A stretch of 60,066 bases of DNA, from the IMG/VR virus record IMGVR_UViG_3300037851_000345, positions 1-60,066 of that record, one strand, 5' to 3'. Under the pieces are notes generated by a model. The model searched no databases and had not been told where the DNA came from. It saw nothing but the letters and a program-made list of their open reading frames with translations. The position numbers and the translations under genes were made by a program. Source of the stretch: a virus. Taxonomy: Duplodnaviria > Heunggongvirae > Uroviricota > Caudoviricetes. Positions 28,501 through 37,442 of the stretch are shown here, piece by piece. The stretch's first letter is position 1; each line of letters opens with the position of its first letter.

Positions 28501-29005
28501 GGAATTGTCCCCTGCGGCGCATCGAGAGGAAACGCTGTTCAGTTACGAATATGTGCGTAAAGGATGGAAGGCATTGGTAACGACCTCAGCCGTAACATGG
28601 CACTTCCGCAACCCCGAAGGTGGTATCCGTTCCCATAACAATCCAGATTTTTGGTCAGGGGACGATAAGATTTTCCAACGCAAGTTGACAAGTTGGAGTG
28701 TCAACACCGAAGGCAAGAAGATGATAATTATTGACGCAGGGATTGGGGACACCATCGTGTTCATGCAGATAGTCCCTGAGTTGCTGAAGAAGTGGCCTAA
28801 CCTAGTCATCGGCACGTACTACTTCAGCCTATTCAAGAACTACGCAGTCGAACTCGTGCCGACTTGGACGGCAAAGGACATTATGGGTGAGAAACTTGCC
28901 GAGACGCAAAACGTGTATCGCTACCTGTGGCAAGAATCAGACAAGGGACGCAAATTACACATCTTGGATGCCTACAAGGAAATGTTCATTGAGGAGAAAG
29001 CATGA
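25550..29005 (+). CDS. Multidomain glycan-synthesis protein: GT2 tail + GT2-like + FkbM methyltransferase + GT2 + GT2 + GT9-like N-lobe
   Basis: VCYNEE..IPFFLRHY/CDIDEF; VIDVGANIG...LKVDCEGAE; LLLDDD; WRLDDDE; DAGIGDT. Confidence 0.9.
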   Translation: MIEKNNQSPVISGIVTHDYQFIKSCAEETKVEWVDEVLGSHGQEMNVLVVAVCYNEEKMIPFFLRHYEKIAEKILVFDGGSTDKSLELLKANPKVSIVSVPNSKMNNLELMKIRNEGWKPYRHDYDWVIVCDIDEFLWHKDLKGKLEEFRKARITVPAVTGYQMTAEAFPDNNPLTQIYDHFNEGYPDPEHLNKSMIFNPNCVDIRYEMGCHKANPIGVVSYSSESLYLFHYKYVGYEEFIGRNKMLAARVSDEDKKNNWAFHYARDAQMSFKDFREIVQKGAPIINDSPVINPLLSRKDLKAQNAGVFREIIELNEYRVSKKDFTNKNVIDVGANIGVFTLLANEYGAERIVAVEPNTPTLEVLKKNTAGRGIMVLDKAAGKKGGEHVQMVMRPEFCATDGRIFSQSAPTGIETIGLDHLVSLVDDGKPILLKVDCEGAEYDLFYGASLKALSKIQTIVMEAHENIYRTEGQTGLIDKLRHYLTSLGFEEKYFYSVGEQVKMIRFDRVNPIEDNITVVISAFNRPELLKDQVEAIRKQTLQPKEIIVWLTKSKHYENEKWVETKFEIPEGVTLVSTEKDLTLPARFAATLFAKTNYVLLLDDDVFPAEGYLEETLKVSKRENAVVSAYGMLYNRRGLNDGEADRYGDHGTKTNDPIEVDVGGHSWFGKKEWFSLFFREPALSPTEGDDLHFSYILKKYTDIRTIVSAMPEDNKFIWSNTNSDAGMGFRALHARKWDDVKIWTDPTKTSWGVEDKDYLEKNLKAFQARRQQMMNRYRAEKKWEPLQAQKVVEEQKIEVTVDIATKNRYFSTLPTTLLSVMMQTYPIKKIIIVDDSDPEKDGKMKDLRQNPMYQYLFSMISKKGIEWEVVFGVHKGQHHSHQIVMDRAKTDFIWRLDDDEYAEPNVLEELVSQMNSGVGLVAGLVLDPIQSQQAPPNYFNNNRLADINTRENTQWLMQPKGKTIEVEHLYSSFLYRKVEDIKYCLELSPAAHREETLFSYEYVRKGWKALVTTSAVTWHFRNPEGGIRSHNNPDFWSGDDKIFQRKLTSWSVNTEGKKMIIIDAGIGDTIVFMQIVPELLKKWPNLVIGTYYFSLFKNYAVELVPTWTAKDIMGEKLAETQNVYRYLWQESDKGRKLHILDAYKEMFIEEKA

Positions 29006-29259
29006 TAACAATACCAAAAGAAGAGTTTGTGAGTTGTGCTAAACGATTCATCGAAGACCCGACTCTACAGAAAATAGAAACACACGAATTCGTTTTTATC
29101 AGGCCTAACGGAGTTATCACGGTCAAGTTTAAACAATTTAAAGGGCTTTCGGGCTACTTTACGATGGAGGAATTTAACAACGAAGAGACGTTGATGACAA
29201 TTTTAAAAACACTAGAAACAGAAATGAACAAGAGAGAAACAAGTGAAAACACTAAATAA
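29002..29259 (+). CDS. Hypothetical protein
   Basis: ATGA overlap with the upstream gene; GAGGAG SD. Confidence 0.6.
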   Translation: MITIPKEEFVSCAKRFIEDPTLQKIETHEFVFIRPNGVITVKFKQFKGLSGYFTMEEFNNEETLMTILKTLETEMNKRETSENTK

Positions 29260-29351
29260 TAGTGAAGGACAGGAGATGAAACCCTTTTTAAGATGCTCCT
29301 ATCATCTTAAATTATTTCACTACTATTTCAGTTCATAGGAGGAACTAAATG
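29252..29351 (+). ncRNA. Repeated structured leader, copy 3
   Basis: P1 TAGTGAAG/TTTCACTA; P3 TTTAAGATG/CATCTTAAA; loop CTCCTAT complementary to ATAGGAG (29335-41). Confidence 0.8.
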
Positions 29352-29450
29352 GAAGAAAAACTTAGAACAATCTACGTAGCCACCAATCTAAAGAATGGAA
29401 AACAATATGTGGGGCAGACAGTTAAACCCTTAAAAGAAAGAATAAAATGA
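29349..29450 (+). pseudogene. 33-aa GIY-YIG N-terminal stub, stop overlaps the next ATG
   Basis: MEEKLRTIYVATNLKNGKQYVGQTVKPLKERIK*. Confidence 0.8.
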
Positions 29451-29938
29451 GTCAAAAAATTATTTTAATATCCTGTTGGAGTAAACCACTTCGAGACGGA
29501 AAATGGAACGCAAAATCACCTGATAAATCCTGGTGGATAAAAGTAGTAAAGTTGTTGAAAGAAAAGGGGTACATAGTTTGGCAAGCATTACAGGGATCAG
29601 AAATTAAATTAAACCTTGTTGACCGACATCTGCACGATATGGATTTGTGGGCATTAGGTGAGCAAATCAAAAAATGCGATTGTTGGATTTCGCCAGATAA
29701 TTTCTTCCACCATTTCGCCCTATTGGAATTTAAGAAGCCTGGCATCGTGATTTGGAGTCAATCTGACCCAACTATTTTTGGACATCCCGAAAATATCAAC
29801 TTGCTAAAGGACAAAAAGTACCTTCGGGCAAAGCAGATGGAGATGTGGGAAGCCGCTACTTACAATAAGGAAGCGTTTGTCGAGCCTGAAACTGTACTAA
29901 CAGAAATTGAGAAACTGCTAAATAGAGAAGGAGAATAA
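29447..29938 (+). CDS. GT9 (heptosyltransferase-like) C-terminal-lobe protein
   Basis: K.W...VV..L...IKKCDCWISPDNFFHHFA...KPGIVIWSQSDP..FGHPENINL. Confidence 0.75.
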   Translation: MSQKIILISCWSKPLRDGKWNAKSPDKSWWIKVVKLLKEKGYIVWQALQGSEIKLNLVDRHLHDMDLWALGEQIKKCDCWISPDNFFHHFALLEFKKPGIVIWSQSDPTIFGHPENINLLKDKKYLRAKQMEMWEAATYNKEAFVEPETVLTEIEKLLNREGE

Positions 29939-29940
29939 AG

Positions 29941-30168
29941 ATGAACAAGGAAATTTTAGAGAAACAAATCATTGAGTACAGGAATGAATTGAAGCTTACT
30001 GCCGACAATCGGGACAAGATGTCGCAAATGCTGAACCAACAGGAAATAAAGATTCAGCAGTTACTAGGAGCGATTTCGGCGATCGAACGGCTCTTGAAAG
30101 AGGAGGAGAAACCAAATGTCGAAACTGAAGGCCACGCCAACCACACCGAAGGCAAAACTTTTAATTGA
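29941..30168 (+). CDS. Small coiled-coil protein
   Basis: QQLLGAISAIERLL coiled coil; SD present. Confidence 0.65.
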   Translation: MNKEILEKQIIEYRNELKLTADNRDKMSQMLNQQEIKIQQLLGAISAIERLLKEEEKPNVETEGHANHTEGKTFN

Positions 30169-30253
30169 GACCTTAACCACAGAAGATAAAATTCGTCTAG
30201 AAGAAGAGAAAAAGAAGAAGAAAGAAAAATAACAGAATTCTTTGATTCCACTT

Positions 30254-30286
30254 CTCATAAATAGTATCAGGAGAACTATTTATGAG
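30254..30286 (+). promoter_or_regulatory. Late promoter inside a perfect 12-bp hairpin that buries the start codon
   Basis: CTCATAAATAGT / ACTATTTATGAG. Confidence 0.7.
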
Positions 30287-30635
30287 TAAGCCAACTTTAT
30301 ATAATATAGATTTATTACAGGGTGATGATTATTCTTGGGGATTTTCGTTCGTTGCCAACGATGTTCCTCTAGACATTACGGGTTGGACGATTTACTTCAC
30401 AATAAAGCGGTACGTTACCGACCCTGATGTATCGGCACTCATCCAAAAAATAATCACCTCTCACACCGACCCTGTTAACGGGAAAAGTGCGTTAAATTTA
30501 AGCCACACGGACACGGACTCTCTACCCGAAGGGGTATTTGTCTACGACATTCAAATTAAGACTTCAGGCGGCGAAATTCACACCATCTACAAAGGACAGG
30601 TGAAGGTATCTGTTGATGTAACCCAAACCTACTAA
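30282..30635 (+). CDS. BppU-N-like tail fibre adaptor
   Basis: QGDD...DITGWTIYFTIK...LSHTDT...YDIQI...GQVKV..DVT; paralog of 36916. Confidence 0.7.
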   Translation: MSKPTLYNIDLLQGDDYSWGFSFVANDVPLDITGWTIYFTIKRYVTDPDVSALIQKIITSHTDPVNGKSALNLSHTDTDSLPEGVFVYDIQIKTSGGEIHTIYKGQVKVSVDVTQTY

Positions 30636-30638
30636 ACC

Positions 30639-32996
30639 ATGAGCCAAGAAATTATAAACGTAACTTACATTAATTCGCTAGACCAACCAGTTCTCGTTAA
30701 ATTCACGGAACAAGGCTTGTCAGGTTATTCGGGAATAAGTGGACATTCGGGTATATCGGGCTTTAGTGGCGAATCGATATCAGGATTAAGTGGATATTCG
30801 GGAGCATTTGCAGGAAGTGGAACTTCAGGATACTTACCAAAATTTACAGGAATAAACTCTTTAACCAATTCACCTCTTTTTTCTACAGATGGAACGAATA
30901 CCTCTAGTAGCGGATACATTACTGCAAAAAATATTATTAGTGATAATGTTTCTACGTATAATGTCGGATTAGGAATTGATATTTTATCTTTCAATTCTTA
31001 CGGAGATTTTAATGTTGGTATGGGGGCATTTTCTCTAGCATTTGGTTATAGTGGGGGAAATGGTATAGGAATAGGTTCAACAAGTTTAGCAGGAGGATTA
31101 GGTTCTTATAATATAGGATTGGGGTATGGTGCTGGCCAAAATATAAAAGGTAATGGATATAATAATTGTATTGGATTTGCAACATTATCTTTTGGTTCTG
31201 GAACTTATAATAACGCACTAGGATATTATGCCTTATTAGGTAGTTCTGGAAGTTATAATATTGGTATAGGGTGGAATGCCATTTATCAAAATAAAGGGGA
31301 TGAAAATATTGGAATCGGGGCTAATGTTCTCCAAATAAATACTGGAAGTTATAATACCGCAGTTGGTGGGCATGGTCTATATGGAGCATCAGGGACTAAT
31401 AATACCGCAATGGGTCATAAGGCAGGATATTATACCCCAACGGGATATAATAGACCAAATAAAGATAATCTTTATTTAGGAGCAAGCGGGCGAGCTTTGA
31501 ATAGTGGCGGAAGCAATGAAATAATAATTGGCGCGCATACAATAGGATATGGTAGTAATACTGCGACTTTAGGTAATACGAATATTACAGATACAATACT
31601 TCGAGGAACGGTACATATGCCTATGGTAGAAATAACAACTGGCGCCGTTTCGGGATATGTATTGATGTCTGATGCAACAGGAAGTGGGTGGTGGGTCGAC
31701 CCTTCGACCGTTCCTGGAACAAGTGGATATTCGGGCTTTAGCGGGGTATCTGGTTATAGTGGTGAATCAGGTTGGTCTGGTGTGTCGGGCTTCTCAGGCA
31801 TTGCAGTTTCAACCACAGGCACATCGGGATACTTGGCAAAATTTATTTCAAGTACGGAGATTACTAACGGACCTGTTTATATTGACGGGAATAATAGGGT
31901 TGGGATTGGGACAACTACACCTGAAAATTATGTAGATGTTTATAAACCTGGTGTATCCACAATAAGAGCAAAATCAACAGATGTAACTTCCTCTTCTTAT
32001 GGGGGAGTGAGGTTTGAAGCAGATAGTGCTGGAGCAGGATTATACACCCATAGTTCAGGAAGAACTGCTCTAACAAGATACGGTATTGCGTCTTTAGCAA
32101 GTTGGACAGAAATAGCACAAGTAACTGGAAATGGATTAATACTAAGCACATATACAAACAATAAACCAATTGTATTAGGGACAAACAATCTTGAAAGAAT
32201 GAGAATATTGGGTTCAGGGGAAGTCGGCATCGGCACAACCGCGCCCACGGGAAAACTACATACAGTTGAAAGCACATATGCGGCCTCTACTTTATTTGAA
32301 AGAAATGGACAAACTACAGATTCTTCAAAATCAGTTGTCAGGGTTAAAGCAACGAAAACAACGAATATGGCAGATGGGTTTGGTTCAAATATTATCTTCT
32401 GTATACAGGATAATGCGGGAGTAGAAAACGGTATTGCTGAGTTTGGAGCAGTTAGAAGTGGAGCAGATGATACAGGTGACTTCATAATGACCACCTATCT
32501 ATCTGGAACCTCTTACGAAAGAATGAGAATATTAGGGGCTAATGGATATGTCGGCATCGGCACAACAGCACCTGACAAAAAACTTGAAATCAATTCCGCA
32601 ACAGGTGATTGTCTCAGACTTACTTACAATGATAGTGATGGGAATGCTACTTACTATTCCGACTTCGCCGTATCTTCGGAGGGAGCATTAACAGTAACCC
32701 CGATTACCACCGTAACTCTACAACACGGCCAAATCCGCAAGATCACTACCGTCGATGACACCTACACAATTCTCGCAACTGATTACACCGTTGTTTGCAA
32801 CAAGGCAACTGACTTCACGGTAACACTACCAACGGCAACTGTCGGTCAAGTCTTCAACATCAAAAACATCAACACAGGGGTTGTAACAGTATCTCTAGCG
32901 GGGGATACGATAGACGGAGAGGCTTCACAAACAATTGACCAATGGGAGTGTTTGGTGGTGCAGTGTAGTGCCGCTAACACTTGGATAATTTTATAA
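30639..32996 (+). CDS. Tail fibre protein with Gly-X-Ser repeats, YadA-like N-x-x-x-G repeats and GIGTT repeats
   Basis: SGYSGISG tracts, NIGIG/NTAVG repeats, three VGIGTT units, C-terminal VTLP...KNI domain. Confidence 0.85.
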   Translation: MSQEIINVTYINSLDQPVLVKFTEQGLSGYSGISGHSGISGFSGESISGLSGYSGAFAGSGTSGYLPKFTGINSLTNSPLFSTDGTNTSSSGYITAKNIISDNVSTYNVGLGIDILSFNSYGDFNVGMGAFSLAFGYSGGNGIGIGSTSLAGGLGSYNIGLGYGAGQNIKGNGYNNCIGFATLSFGSGTYNNALGYYALLGSSGSYNIGIGWNAIYQNKGDENIGIGANVLQINTGSYNTAVGGHGLYGASGTNNTAMGHKAGYYTPTGYNRPNKDNLYLGASGRALNSGGSNEIIIGAHTIGYGSNTATLGNTNITDTILRGTVHMPMVEITTGAVSGYVLMSDATGSGWWVDPSTVPGTSGYSGFSGVSGYSGESGWSGVSGFSGIAVSTTGTSGYLAKFISSTEITNGPVYIDGNNRVGIGTTTPENYVDVYKPGVSTIRAKSTDVTSSSYGGVRFEADSAGAGLYTHSSGRTALTRYGIASLASWTEIAQVTGNGLILSTYTNNKPIVLGTNNLERMRILGSGEVGIGTTAPTGKLHTVESTYAASTLFERNGQTTDSSKSVVRVKATKTTNMADGFGSNIIFCIQDNAGVENGIAEFGAVRSGADDTGDFIMTTYLSGTSYERMRILGANGYVGIGTTAPDKKLEINSATGDCLRLTYNDSDGNATYYSDFAVSSEGALTVTPITTVTLQHGQIRKITTVDDTYTILATDYTVVCNKATDFTVTLPTATVGQVFNIKNINTGVVTVSLAGDTIDGEASQTIDQWECLVVQCSAANTWIIL

Positions 32997-33006
32997 GGAG
33001 ACAACA

Positions 33007-34356
33007 ATGAGTCAATGGAGACATATTCAACAAGACGTAAACGTAGATGCAAACAACAGTTCCACTACGAATCTTACGGCAGGGAATAGTTACACCTTTA
33101 CAGGAATAGGCACATCTACTTTAGGCGTGGCCGCACTTCAATGGAATTTGAAAACTGACCAAAATGCAACCGTCTATATCGAACAATCGGACGATAATAC
33201 GAATTGGGACATTTCAGACTTGTTCGCTTATTACTATTCCAAAGGTGCAGAAGGTAATACCGTTCAAGCAATTTCAAATTATTGGCGAATAAGAGTTGTT
33301 CTGACAGGAACAACAGATACGACTTACTTCAGGTTGAATGCCGTACTTTGTCCAATTGCTGACCCTCTACCACGCAGTTTAAATTCCTACGAACGTTTGA
33401 AAACAAGCACAGGAATTGTAGACGAAGAAACAGGCAACCGTGTAGAGGTGGATGCTTTGGGGTCGCTAAAAACGGTAGCCCCTGTCAGACTAATAGGAAC
33501 TATTTTTGCAGGAACAACAAAAGACACAAACTTCTGGACAGAAACAGTAACAGGCTCAGGAGTGATAACACAAGCAGGAGAAATTCTTCTTTCGACAGGG
33601 GAGACTGCCGATTCTACCGTAACTTATACTAGCGTAAGAAAGGCAAGAAAGGTTACAGGGGCAAGCAACCAGTTCAGAGCGGTAGCAAGGTTAGCAAGTG
33701 CTTTGGATGCGGATAATATTCGTCGTTTAGGTTGTTACGATGCGAATGATGGATTTTTCTTCCAAGTCAACGGCACAACGTTCGGGGTGGGGAGTAGAAA
33801 AGGTGGAGTAGATACAATCGTCACTTCGGGAAGTTTTAACGGCAACTACGGAGCAAGCGTAACGATGGACACAAGCATCAAAAGACTTGTGATTGATTAC
33901 GACCACTTATCTACCAAATTTTCCGTGAACGGTATAATATTGCATACGATTACAGGAACTACAACAGCATTAACAAACACTCTTAACTTAGGTATAAAAA
34001 TGGAGAACATCAACTCCAATGGCAATATTACCAACAACACCTTTTATGTCAGGTTTGCCTGTATTATGCGATTGGGAGAACTAATTACCGAGTCAACTTA
34101 CGCACACATTTCAGGTGTTGCCGCAACTAGAATTTTAAAGTATGGGGCGGGAATACTACATAGTATCTCCTACAACAACACATCGGGAACGTCCTTGACA
34201 ATCTATGACAACACAGCGGCATCAGGAAACGTAATAGGCATCGTCACCACGGCTTCAGCAGCACTAGGGGTGTGGAAATATGACGTACCTTTTTATAACG
34301 GATTGACTATAGTTACCGTGGGTAACGATTTAGATGCGACAATTATCTATGAATAA
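33007..34356 (+). CDS. Putative tail-associated structural / lectin-like protein
   Basis: Thr/Gly-rich beta protein within the fibre cluster. Confidence 0.6.
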   Translation: MSQWRHIQQDVNVDANNSSTTNLTAGNSYTFTGIGTSTLGVAALQWNLKTDQNATVYIEQSDDNTNWDISDLFAYYYSKGAEGNTVQAISNYWRIRVVLTGTTDTTYFRLNAVLCPIADPLPRSLNSYERLKTSTGIVDEETGNRVEVDALGSLKTVAPVRLIGTIFAGTTKDTNFWTETVTGSGVITQAGEILLSTGETADSTVTYTSVRKARKVTGASNQFRAVARLASALDADNIRRLGCYDANDGFFFQVNGTTFGVGSRKGGVDTIVTSGSFNGNYGASVTMDTSIKRLVIDYDHLSTKFSVNGIILHTITGTTTALTNTLNLGIKMENINSNGNITNNTFYVRFACIMRLGELITESTYAHISGVAATRILKYGAGILHSISYNNTSGTSLTIYDNTAASGNVIGIVTTASAALGVWKYDVPFYNGLTIVTVGNDLDATIIYE

Positions 34357-34395
34357 TATAATAAATAAATTAACCTTTATTAAAAGGACACACTA

Positions 34396-34899
34396 ATGCC
34401 TGAAACCATACTTAGAACAAATTTTGTAGAAGGACAACCTATTAACGTTAAAATAGAAGAAAAACCTACTGATTTTATAGTAACTTTCACGGAACAAGGC
34501 TTATCAGGATATTCAGGAATAAGTGGACATTCGGGTATATCAGGATACAGCGGAGTTAGTGGATATAGTGGAGTCTCAGGATATTCTGCATATTCAGGCA
34601 TATCAGGATTTTCGGGAATATCAGGTAATTTAGGTTTATCAGGAATTTCAGGGTATGACCCTTCACAAGCGCCCCTTGATCACGATTGGGTGTTGGGAAA
34701 TTACGGTTTAATTTCAACGGCAAACGGAACAATTACAAGAGATGGGGATGGATTCATCTCTTCAATTACGTTGCCAAGCAGAACTCTGATATTCACAAGG
34801 GATGGAGATGGATACATCAGCATGATTTCGGACGGAACGAGGACTTGGACTTTCACAAGAAATATAGAACATCAAATAACTTCTTGGGCGGTAATATAA
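34396..34899 (+). CDS. Short Gly-X-Ser (collagen-like) fibre protein with YD-like repeats
   Basis: About 17 mostly SGx triplets; TRDGDG repeats; N-terminus related to 30639. Confidence 0.75.
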   Translation: MPETILRTNFVEGQPINVKIEEKPTDFIVTFTEQGLSGYSGISGHSGISGYSGVSGYSGVSGYSAYSGISGFSGISGNLGLSGISGYDPSQAPLDHDWVLGNYGLISTANGTITRDGDGFISSITLPSRTLIFTRDGDGYISMISDGTRTWTFTRNIEHQITSWAVI

Positions 34900-34900
34900 A

Positions 34901-36901
34901 ATGGCCGCATACACCTCTGTCAAGTCTGGCAATTGGAATGACCCTACGACATGGGGGAGTGCCTCATATCCGTCCGTGGCAGGCGACACGGCGGACATCA
35001 CCGCTGGCCATGAGGTGATTTATAATGTCAATTCAGCGGTGCAACTTGGGGCGATAAGTATTTTCGGAGTGCTTCGATGTTCACGCATGATGAATACACT
35101 TTTGGCTATTGGTGGGAATAATTCTATAACAATTCAAAATGGAGCGACCTTTGATTGGGGAACGATAGTCAGCCCTATTCCAGCGGCTTATACGGCTATT
35201 ATTGAACTTGCGCCAGTATCAAATGGCGACGGCAGTTTAGTATCGAGTGCATTGACACCCATTATTTCAATAGTTGGAGACCCGCTTTATAAACCAATAA
35301 AAAAAACAACCCTTGCATCAAATTGGACTGCTGGGAAAACCATTACTGTTATTGGAGATATGACGGCGGCGTGGGCCATAGGTGATGAAATTCTTGTCGA
35401 AAAATATATCTATGTGTCGTCCCCTCATTTGAACGGGGTCTTTAAAGGAACAATCGCTGGGATGGTTTTAAATGGGGCAAACACAGATATTACTTTTAAT
35501 GAAGCATTTTCTATCACCTGTTATGCTGGTGGCTTAGTTATCAATTTAAACCTTGGAAATGTCATCATCCGAAAAGTGTCAGCACAAACCGGGGTGGGGC
35601 AATTCAATACTACAGCCGCCCCACAAGTTCAACTTGGAGGGCAAACAATAAGCACCCGTCCGATAATTAGGGAATGCGTTTTTCTTGGAATGTATCTTGT
35701 TATTACGCATAGCGCTGATGTCGAAAATTGCTTGAACCGGAACTCTCATATCGGTTTTTTTTATGCGACACAAGGGGCCTATTTTAAAAATTGCATTATT
35801 GCTATGAATAACCAAGCGGGGCAAGGGGCATATAATTCAATAGTTGAAAATTTGATCGTTATTTCCTGTAACTCATTTTATTACAATACCTATTCAACCT
35901 TTTTGAATTGTTTTTTTCTATCCATAAATACAATGGCCGATGCGTTTAGGGAAAGTGAAATCACAGATAGTGTTATCAGGGGATGCGATATATTCGCTTC
36001 CGGTGGGTCAAGGAATTTATTTAAGAGATGTAGTTTTTATAACAATAATTCCGCTTCAAGTTTTGGCGGCAATAGTAAATATGAAAATTGTAATTTTGGT
36101 TATGATGAATATGGGGCTATTGCCAAAAATGGCTCAGGCGATGGGAACATGGCGGTGCCGAATTATTCATCTTTTTTTCGTTCTTGCAAAGTCATATGGG
36201 GAAATTCTGCCTCTAATCCATCGGTGTCGGGCGGTAATTCCCCGATATGGAATAATTCAAAAATACCGCTTTTATCTTATGAGCATATCGGGCAAATTGA
36301 AAATGATAATTATGCTTATGGGGCTTTCGGATACTTCAGGACTGATGCGATTAAATATCTTGCGACCCGTTCATTGAAAATAACCCCACTTTCAAATTGT
36401 GGTCAGTTGGGTTATTTAACATCAATGGGCGTATGTCGCTTTCAGCCGATTGAATGGACAGAAAATAATGTCCCCGCCTCAGTCCAAAATAGGCGGGTCT
36501 ATGTTCAAGGGGCGGGATGGAGCGTTTTCCCGACATCGGCGCAACTCTATCTGGAGGTTGAATACTACGATGCGGCTGGTGCATGGACAACTACCACGCT
36601 CAAAAGCACAGAGGTCATCACCGCAAACGGCGCTTGGAAGGAATTGACAGTTCAATTTACTCCGGGTCGGATCGGGCCTGTGACCTATAGGATTGTCCTT
36701 GCGAAGTACGAAGCGGGCGCATTGATTTATCTTGACCACGCGCTTTACTATTCGGCGACGGCATTTGTAGAGGCGGCGTTCGACTGGGGAAAATCTGTAC
36801 TACCAAGTGATGCGGGTATAAATATGAGAAAAATTGACGATACTCAAACTTTAGCGATTTTACAACTAACATCAGGAACTAATATTCCCATGGACTTATA
36901 A
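34901..36901 (+). CDS. Putative tailspike / receptor-binding protein (G8-like N-terminus, right-handed beta-helix)
   Basis: SVKSGNWNDPTTW...GDT..I..GH.V; Asn/Cys ladder repeats; codon style differs from neighbours. Confidence 0.7.
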   Translation: MAAYTSVKSGNWNDPTTWGSASYPSVAGDTADITAGHEVIYNVNSAVQLGAISIFGVLRCSRMMNTLLAIGGNNSITIQNGATFDWGTIVSPIPAAYTAIIELAPVSNGDGSLVSSALTPIISIVGDPLYKPIKKTTLASNWTAGKTITVIGDMTAAWAIGDEILVEKYIYVSSPHLNGVFKGTIAGMVLNGANTDITFNEAFSITCYAGGLVINLNLGNVIIRKVSAQTGVGQFNTTAAPQVQLGGQTISTRPIIRECVFLGMYLVITHSADVENCLNRNSHIGFFYATQGAYFKNCIIAMNNQAGQGAYNSIVENLIVISCNSFYYNTYSTFLNCFFLSINTMADAFRESEITDSVIRGCDIFASGGSRNLFKRCSFYNNNSASSFGGNSKYENCNFGYDEYGAIAKNGSGDGNMAVPNYSSFFRSCKVIWGNSASNPSVSGGNSPIWNNSKIPLLSYEHIGQIENDNYAYGAFGYFRTDAIKYLATRSLKITPLSNCGQLGYLTSMGVCRFQPIEWTENNVPASVQNRRVYVQGAGWSVFPTSAQLYLEVEYYDAAGAWTTTTLKSTEVITANGAWKELTVQFTPGRIGPVTYRIVLAKYEAGALIYLDHALYYSATAFVEAAFDWGKSVLPSDAGINMRKIDDTQTLAILQLTSGTNIPMDL

Positions 36902-36915
36902 GAATAAATAAAAAT

Positions 36916-37269
36916 ATGGGCAGACCAGCAAGATACAATGTTGACTTAGTTCGGGGAGACAGCAAGACATACAAGTTGACTTTTACGAATGCCATCAACC
37001 AATCAATCGACATCACAAGTTGGATTATCTACTACACTGTCAAAAAGACTGCGGCTGATTTGGATACTGATGCCGTCATCCGCAAGACCATCACGATTCA
37101 TACCGACCCGACCCACGGCATTACCAATATCGAGTTAGAAAATACTGACACTCAAAACTTGGATACAATAATTTATTGGCATGATGTCCAGATAAACATT
37201 GCTGGAAAAATTAATACAATTTGTATAGGCCAACTTAACGTAATTGCTGATGTCACGAGGACACATTAA
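36916..37269 (+). CDS. BppU-N-like tail fibre adaptor (paralog of 30282)
   Basis: RGDS...DITSWIIYYTVKK...HTDPTHG...DVT. Confidence 0.7.
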   Translation: MGRPARYNVDLVRGDSKTYKLTFTNAINQSIDITSWIIYYTVKKTAADLDTDAVIRKTITIHTDPTHGITNIELENTDTQNLDTIIYWHDVQINIAGKINTICIGQLNVIADVTRTH

Positions 37270-37301
37270 TATCTGAAAATGAAATAATAAATAGAGGTAG
37301 A

Positions 37302-37433
37302 ATGAGAATAACAACACGAGCCGCAATCCGAATTGCCGTCAGGGTTAAGTCCTTATGGGTCTGTCAAATCACGACTAGACCATCAATTCGGTTTGCCGTC
37401 AGGCTGACGGGATTGAGTTACAGTAAATTCTAG
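37302..37433 (+). CDS. 43-aa basic peptide with internal duplication
   Basis: ITTRAAIRIAVR / ITTRPSIRFAVR; GAGG SD and TAAATA upstream. Confidence 0.5.
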   Translation: MRITTRAAIRIAVRVKSLWVCQITTRPSIRFAVRLTGLSYSKF

Positions 37434-37442
37434 GAGGTTAAT

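Noticed and set aside
28700-29938. GT9 split by the element in the same way as the GT2
   Set aside because: An unrelated 85-aa gene also lies between the lobes, so separate genes may be the ancestral state. It cannot be attributed to the insertion without homologs.
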